From positions 1-33,907 of the IMG/VR virus record IMGVR_UViG_3300047561_001523: DNA of 33,907 nt. One strand, 5' to 3'. Of this stretch, positions 30,063 through 33,907 are shown piece by piece. The DNA is from a virus (lineage: Duplodnaviria; Caudoviricetes). Each line of letters begins with the position of its first letter. Position 1 is the first letter of the stretch. The notes beneath the pieces were generated by a model. The model was not told the DNA's origin and searched no databases. It saw only the letters and a list, made by a program, of their open reading frames with translations. Made by a program: the position numbers and the translations under genes.

Positions 30063-30269
30063 TTATTTAAAATCTAAAATTGTATCTCGATGTAAAGTAT
30101 GATTTTTTTGTATTCTTATATCAGAATTTTTAAAAGTCCAACATATTCCTCCATCATCTAAAAAAACAACCCATTCAAGATCATGTTCTTGAGAACGATC
30201 AATCAAAAAGAAAGCCCAACCTTTGCCTTTTGGTGTTAATAATGGAATCGGAGGATTAAGTTGAATCAT
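30063..30269 (-). CDS. phage hypothetical protein (68 aa, Trp-rich beta pattern)
   Basis: MIQLNPPIPLLTPKGKGWAFFLID...; starts 3 nt after the stop of the upstream 44-aa ORF. Confidence 0.8.
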   Translation of the reverse strand: MIQLNPPIPLLTPKGKGWAFFLIDRSQEHDLEWVVFLDDGGICWTFKNSDIRIQKNHTLHRDTILDFK

Positions 30270-30272
30270 AAA

Positions 30273-30407
30273 TCAGCGTCCTTGCCCTCGATACTTTTTT
30301 CGAGCGGAATTCCGACTCGTTTTCGAATACTTTGTATTCTTTCCTTGTCCTTGAAGTGTATTCTTAGGTGTACTATCAATCTTTTGATCTTTCTTATTCA
30401 GTGCCAT
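30273..30407 (-). CDS. small basic peptide (44 aa) ending KKYRGQGR
   Basis: Hand translation gives MALNKKDQKIDSTPKNTLQGQGKNTKYSKTSRNSARKKYRGQGR*. SD AGGAG at 30418-30422. Packs tightly against the next ORF. Absent from the ORF track because of its size. Confidence 0.82.
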   Translation of the reverse strand: MALNKKDQKIDSTPKNTLQGQGKNTKYSKTSRNSARKKYRGQGR

Positions 30408-30513
30408 TTTCAATCTTCTCCTTTTTGGTTCAAAAAACGGTTTTTGACGGGATTTTTGCGCGAATTTTATAAAGACACTATAAGAAGTAATACTTATAAC
30501 GTCTCTGAGATAT

Positions 30514-30556
30514 AAAAAATGCCCCTACAAGACTTGTTTAAATCTTATAAAGGCAT
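30514..30556 (-). terminator. rho-independent terminator
   Basis: AUGCCUUUAUAAGAUUU-AAAC-AAGUCUUGUAGGGGCAU forms a 17-bp stem with 4 G-U pairs (pairs only on the minus strand), followed by UUUUU; about 50 nt after the 250-aa gene stop. Confidence 0.75.
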
Positions 30557-30583
30557 TCTAAGTCAAACCTCTGAAAGTGTCAA
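30555..30583 (-). promoter_or_regulatory. sigma70-type (early) promoter
   Basis: TTGACA (30583-30578), 17-nt spacer, TAGAAT (30560-30555). Confidence 0.75.
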
Positions 30584-30604
30584 GAACGGTCTGAGAAATG
30601 ATGC

Positions 30605-31357
30605 TCAGATGATTCTAGTCTTTTCATGACCCACACGAATCTGAGGATCACACCAAATCTCAAATCCTGCTTCTTTTGCATCTAGACAAAATGAGACATC
30701 TTCGCCACACATATCCTGTACCTCACCAGATTCAAATACTTGCATCTTAGGAGCAAACCAAGGATATTCAAGATTCTCAAATACTCCCTTCTTAATCAGT
30801 ACCCAACCAAATCCAGTATAATCAACTGTAAATGGCTTGCGGCGCTTGCTCATCGTTTCTAAGGTTTCATGATTCATTACTCCCCCATTTCCTCTGAAAT
30901 CTTCTTCTTCCAACCAATGGGCGACTGATGTGGTTTGTCCATCTTCTGTACAATACCAACCTGCTGCAATGTCCTTATCCATCGCTACAAGGCGATAGAA
31001 CTTCTCTGTATCAAACACAATATCACTATCAATCCATAACTGATAATCATACTGAAGCTTACCATCCCAGGGCACCTGCTTTGGTCCTCTGAGAACATTT
31101 GCACCAAGACACTTGCAACGAGCAAAGTTCACCATGGAAGAATAATCCTGTGATATTTGAATGCTTGCACCAGATTGCACAAGATCAAAACATAACTGAA
31201 CAAAATTCTTCAAATAAGTATACGATACTCCTCGACCTGGAAGGCAAAATACAACTGATTTGCCTTGAATCATTTCCTTGGCCGCCTGCAAATTAAAACC
31301 ATCCTCTGAAGAGGAACTTCTTGGCGCCGCTGCTTTAACCGTAAATCCTTTTGCCAT
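30605..31357 (-). CDS. conserved cyanophage protein with glycosyltransferase (GT-A / nucleotide-diphospho-sugar transferase)-like motifs
   Basis: VVFCLP, then SSMVNFAR, LWIDSD (DxD), GFGWVLIKKGVFE, GEDVSFC and VGHEK, which is the motif order of GT2-like enzymes. Confidence 0.72.
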   Translation of the reverse strand: MAKGFTVKAAAPRSSSSEDGFNLQAAKEMIQGKSVVFCLPGRGVSYTYLKNFVQLCFDLVQSGASIQISQDYSSMVNFARCKCLGANVLRGPKQVPWDGKLQYDYQLWIDSDIVFDTEKFYRLVAMDKDIAAGWYCTEDGQTTSVAHWLEEEDFRGNGGVMNHETLETMSKRRKPFTVDYTGFGWVLIKKGVFENLEYPWFAPKMQVFESGEVQDMCGEDVSFCLDAKEAGFEIWCDPQIRVGHEKTRII

Positions 31358-31381
31358 AAAAATTGAAATAGTAACGTTTAC

Positions 31382-31410
31382 ATTCTACCACCGCAAATCA
31401 AATTTTGCAA
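31382..31410 (-). promoter_or_regulatory. sigma70-type promoter with extended -10, embedded in an imperfect inverted repeat
   Basis: TTGCAA, 17-nt spacer ending TGG, TAGAAT; 24 nt upstream of the ATG at 31357. A late-type CTAAATA lies just upstream at 31424-31430. Confidence 0.65.
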
Positions 31411-31568
31411 GGTGGATTTGTTTTATTTAGTGTAACTTCAATGTCGTTGTCATTCCCCCCAGAAGTCCATACAAGTCCTCTGATAAGTTTCAGATTCTCC
31501 TGTAAGTCATTCTGAGAAATATGACATAATACTTTTGTACCTTTTACATTAATGTTATACGTATTCAT
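31398..31568 (-). CDS. small hypothetical protein (56 aa)
   Basis: Hand translation MNTYNINVKGTKVLCHISQNDLQENLKLIRGLVWTSGGNDNDIEVTLNKTNPPCKI*; 14-nt overlap with the upstream ORF. Confidence 0.65.
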   Translation of the reverse strand: MNTYNINVKGTKVLCHISQNDLQENLKLIRGLVWTSGGNDNDIEVTLNKTNPPCKI

Positions 31569-31707
31569 CTTCTTCGATCTTTCGGAGTAACTCTGTCAGG
31601 TCCTCTCTCATTCTTTCATTAATTACTAATATCTTATCTGTATCCAATCTATGTTGAATTGTTTCAATTAGTATGTCTTTTTCAAATTCGTCAAACTCTA
31701 ATTTCAT
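31555..31707 (-). CDS. small acidic hypothetical protein (50 aa)
   Basis: Hand translation MKLEFDEFEKDILIETIQHRLDTDKILVINERMREDLTELLRKIEEDEYV*; AAGGA SD; ATGA overlap with the upstream ORF. Confidence 0.72.
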   Translation of the reverse strand: MKLEFDEFEKDILIETIQHRLDTDKILVINERMREDLTELLRKIEEDEYV

Positions 31708-31859
31708 TTTTTTCCTTTTTTGTCTTCAAAAATTATATATGCATAATGGCTTTTTAGAATACTCACAGTTTCTTTCAAACATACCCATATATAAAAACAT
31801 TCATCCCTTAAAGTAATTGTGGTGCCCCACCATCTCTCATATAATGACCTTTTTGACAT
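31704..31859 (-). CDS. small hypothetical protein (51 aa)
   Basis: Hand translation MSKRSLYERWWGTTITLRDECFYIWVCLKETVSILKSHYAYIIFEDKKGKK*; GAGG SD at 31868-31871; ATGA coupling to the next ORF. Confidence 0.6.
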   Translation of the reverse strand: MSKRSLYERWWGTTITLRDECFYIWVCLKETVSILKSHYAYIIFEDKKGKK

Positions 31860-32035
31860 ATTTTTTTCCTCGGAAATTTTTTTATATAACAGGTAAACCC
31901 CTCAACGATTTCAAATGGACTCGTAATCACTCACTCGTTTTTGGTCCGTTGTAGGTTAGGGTAGTTTGCCTTTTTTATATCGGGGCATCGGTTTATAATA
32001 ATAAACAACCGCACATCATAATAACTGTCATTTAG

Positions 32036-32147
32036 AACTGTTTGATTGTAATGACGAACTATACCCAGGGTATAAGATATACGAACAAGTAGTATTTGAT
32101 ATTATACATAACTGTTTGATTATAATGACGAACTATACCCAGGGTAT
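32036..32147. repeat. 38-bp direct repeat x2 (32036-32073, 32110-32147) ending in the palindrome ATACCC-A-GGGTAT
   Basis: AACTGTTTGATT(G/A)TAATGACGAACTATACCCAGGGTAT with 1 mismatch. A third TACCCAGGGTA lies at 32256-32266. Confidence 0.9.
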
Positions 32148-32301
32148 GAGACACGAAGTGTTTCGGAGGTTGTGTAAAGAACTGCTGCCTGATAGTAACT
32201 GATAGAAACTGTCCGACACGAATATGATACCACTGTTCGGCACGAATGTCAACACTACCCAGGGTATGATAATCAAACAGTACTGGGGGTAAGCACGAAC
32301 G

Positions 32302-32497
32302 TTTTCCACAGATATTCAATAGTTTTCCACAGTTTTATATAAGTTTTCCACAGATATTCAATAGTTTTCCACAGGGTAAATCTTATAAACTATTGCAAAC
32401 ACTAGGACGAACTTATAACCTGTGGAAAACTTATAACGAAGTCATTATACTGTCCTATCATAACCACGAACAACCTGTGGAAAAATAGTTTTCCACA
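32302..32497. repeat. cluster of seven TTTTCCACA DnaA-box-like 9-mers
   Basis: Forward copies at 32302, 32323, 32344, 32365 and 32489; reverse copies at 32421 and 32476. All match TT(A/T)TNCACA. Confidence 0.88.
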
Positions 32498-32554
32498 GGC
32501 ACGAAGTATAGGAAGAACTAATGATACTTGTCAGTATTATCAGTTCTTGTGGGG

Positions 32555-32583
32555 TTGACAAATAAACTGTGCTGTGTTATAAT
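32555..32583 (+). promoter_or_regulatory. consensus sigma70 promoter with extended -10, oriented opposite to all genes
   Basis: TTGACA (32555-32560), 17-nt spacer ending TGT, TATAAT (32578-32583). Confidence 0.82.
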
Positions 32584-32606
32584 TAACAGGCTAAGACGAC
32601 AATAAG

Positions 32607-32702
32607 ATCTTATAATAATCTATAATAACACACATTACTCTATAATACTCTATAATAACACATATAACATCATCATTATATCACATTATAACAATACTTA
32701 AC
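32607..32702. repeat. AT-rich tract with no G on the + strand; 22-bp repeat x2 (candidate DNA unwinding element)
   Basis: 96 nt without G. TATAATA(A/C)TCTATAATAACACA at 32611 and 32641; TATAAT at 32611, 32621, 32641 and 32651. Confidence 0.75.
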
Positions 32703-32765
32703 GATTACTAACATACATTTTTAATCATATTTAATCATTACCAAATAGTAACGTATTATACAACA

Positions 32766-32972
32766 CTACGTTACATATATCTCATTCATTCGCATGAGTT
32801 GATTACGAATATCGAATACTTCCATATCATCCATATCAATCATTTCCATTTCTACAGGTAGAAACTCATTTAGATTGATTGAACCATTCTCATACAATGG
32901 AGCAAATGTAAGTTCATTGTATTCATCGAGTGAGAATACACAACCGTATCCTTCTTTGTAGATCATGTTCAT
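32766..32972 (-). CDS. small acidic hypothetical protein (68 aa)
   Basis: ORF track; chained to the upstream ORF by a 4-nt overlap. Start may instead be the ATG at 32966. Confidence 0.75.
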   Translation of the reverse strand: MNMIYKEGYGCVFSLDEYNELTFAPLYENGSINLNEFLPVEMEMIDMDDMEVFDIRNQLMRMNEIYVT

Positions 32973-33157
32973 TTAGTGTGCTCCAGTTCTTGTTTGATTT
33001 GTTTGAGATTCATTCCTGCCCAAAGATCAAGGGCAATATCTGCTTTTTGAATTGCAGTCCAAAGTTTAGGATGATCTCTCCAATCTACAACATCCTCATC
33101 AATTGCTATAAGCAAATCAAGAATACAGATTTTATAGAGTTTTTCTGTTTCAGTCAT
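32969..33157 (-). CDS. small hypothetical protein (62 aa)
   Basis: ORF track; ATGA overlap with the upstream ORF. Confidence 0.75.
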   Translation of the reverse strand: MTETEKLYKICILDLLIAIDEDVVDWRDHPKLWTAIQKADIALDLWAGMNLKQIKQELEHTK

Positions 33158-33363
33158 TTGATAGTAATGGTTTGATTTTTAATTTGACAAATACGAGAAA
33201 GATTATTACCAGCAAGAGCAACTTGAATGAAACTATAATTACTATTACATTCTTGATTAAGTGCTTGTTGTGTTACGATTACACGACTCACATCAACAAT
33301 AGAAGCAACTAAAAGAATAACACATCCAACAATAGTAAGAATTTGAGTGGGATTGTTTTTCAT
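33154..33363 (-). CDS. small protein with an N-terminal hydrophobic helix (membrane/secreted)
   Basis: ILTIVGCVILLVASIV hydrophobic stretch and two downstream Cys. ATG at 33363 preferred over TTG at 33372. Confidence 0.72.
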   Translation of the reverse strand: MKNNPTQILTIVGCVILLVASIVDVSRVIVTQQALNQECNSNYSFIQVALAGNNLSRICQIKNQTITIK

Positions 33364-33368
33364 TTGAT

Positions 33369-33701
33369 TCAAACTCCTTGAAGTTCTTTGATGATTTTAT
33401 CAGCAGCAAGTGCAAGAGTATCTACTTTCTTCTTTGTAGGTAGGATTACATTTGCTTCAGGAACAACGTTATCTTCTTGTGATTGTGATTTAGTACCCAT
33501 TGGGGCATTGGATTGTATTGTAGAAGGTGTGAGAGAGTTTAGAACTCGTTCTGCCCTTTCTTGTAGTATATCTTCTTTCTTCTTCTTATTCCGAATTGCA
33601 AGTTGTTGAGTGTTAGTCATCACTCGACCTTGTGCATTTAATTCAGCAATCCGCGCCCAACGTTCTTGCTTTTGTGCTTCGGTTTTGGTGATGTTGTTCA
33701 T
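33369..33701 (-). CDS. hypothetical protein (110 aa, low-complexity/helical)
   Basis: The ORF track start (33749) overlaps the upstream gene and a CT/CA repeat leader; the ATG at 33701 (MNNITK) is more plausible. Confidence 0.72.
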   Translation of the reverse strand: MNNITKTEAQKQERWARIAELNAQGRVMTNTQQLAIRNKKKKEDILQERAERVLNSLTPSTIQSNAPMGTKSQSQEDNVVPEANVILPTKKKVDTLALAADKIIKELQGV

Positions 33702-33741
33702 TTGAGTTTGTTTGTTGTGAGTGTGTGTGAGAGAGAGAAGA

Positions 33742-33906
33742 TTAGGCAAATACAGAAACTAATGGATTGAAGTCATAACAATTGTCACCTTCAACAAATT
33801 CATATACAACTACCTTCTCGCCATTACATACAACACTCCAAACAAGTGCATTTTCTTTTGCATCATCAACATTATCATACCACTCGGCATCAGACAAATC
33901 AAAAGA
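33742..33906 (-). CDS. 3' part of a hypothetical gene entering from the window edge
   Basis: Hand translation ...SFDLSDAEWYDNVDDAKENALVWSVVCNGEKVVVYEFVEGDNCYDFNPLVSVFA*; open to the edge. Confidence 0.7.
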   Translation of the reverse strand, partial: SFDLSDAEWYDNVDDAKENALVWSVVCNGEKVVVYEFVEGDNCYDFNPLVSVFA

Positions 33907-33907
33907 A

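Larger units (their letters stand above)
31860..32765. other. large non-coding repeat-rich region; candidate replication origin / DnaA-binding locus
   Basis: About 900 bp with no credible ORF in an otherwise densely coding genome. Contains a DnaA-box array, direct and inverted repeats, a consensus promoter and an AT-rich tract. Confidence 0.6.

Noticed and set aside
29029-31296. + strand ORFs 29029-29406, 30261-30515 and 31099-31296
   Set aside because: They overlap better-supported minus-strand genes (g25, the 44-aa peptide, the GT-like gene).
31951-31965. Telomere-like TTAGGG / possible G-quadruplex
   Set aside because: Single copy with too few G-runs; treated as part of the boundary motif instead.
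32036-32147. Repeat(38)-spacer(36)-repeat(38) with CRISPR mini-array dimensions
   Set aside because: There are only two copies and the palindrome is terminal rather than central. Typical GTT.../...GAAAC ends are absent, the 'spacer' itself contains the local ACGAA motif, sub-motifs recur in shuffled form nearby, and there are no cas genes. A repeat-database search would settle it.
32059-32319. 86-aa minus-strand ORF in the ORF track
   Set aside because: It has a TTG start among the DnaA-like boxes and no SD, and it translates repeat DNA; most likely spurious.
32930-33609. + strand ORFs 32930-33175 and 33388-33609 as possible targets of the + strand promoter
   Set aside because: They are antisense to a tightly coupled minus-strand operon; the first starts about 340 nt from the predicted TSS with a GTG and no SD.

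Overview
This is an AT-rich segment of a large T4-like myophage genome whose gene content and order match cyanophages (Kyanoviridae-like). Nearly all real genes are on the minus strand. In transcription order they are: small early-type ORFs (33907-32766); a ~900 bp non-coding, repeat-rich region (31860-32765); three tiny overlapping ORFs; a GT-A-like protein; a 44-aa basic peptide missed by the ORF track; speD; then the late structural module. That module runs gp25, gp6, a 4075-aa gp7, gp8, a 2495-aa VrlC/DUF4815-like virion protein, small structural/fibre genes, gp13, gp14, gp15, gp16 and a truncated gene with a T4-like capsid-targeting N-terminus. The most striking feature is the non-coding region. 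It holds seven perfect TTTTCCACA (cyanobacterial-type DnaA) boxes, four of them at an exact 21-bp period, eleven same-strand ACGAA motifs and 38-bp palindrome-containing direct repeats. It also holds a consensus sigma70 promoter that fires against the gene direction into a 96-nt G-free AT-rich tract. I interpret it as a host-oriC-like phage origin or a DnaA-titration locus (inference). Several structured leaders and promoter/terminator overlaps are also visible. All family assignments come from recognising motifs and synteny; no searches were run.
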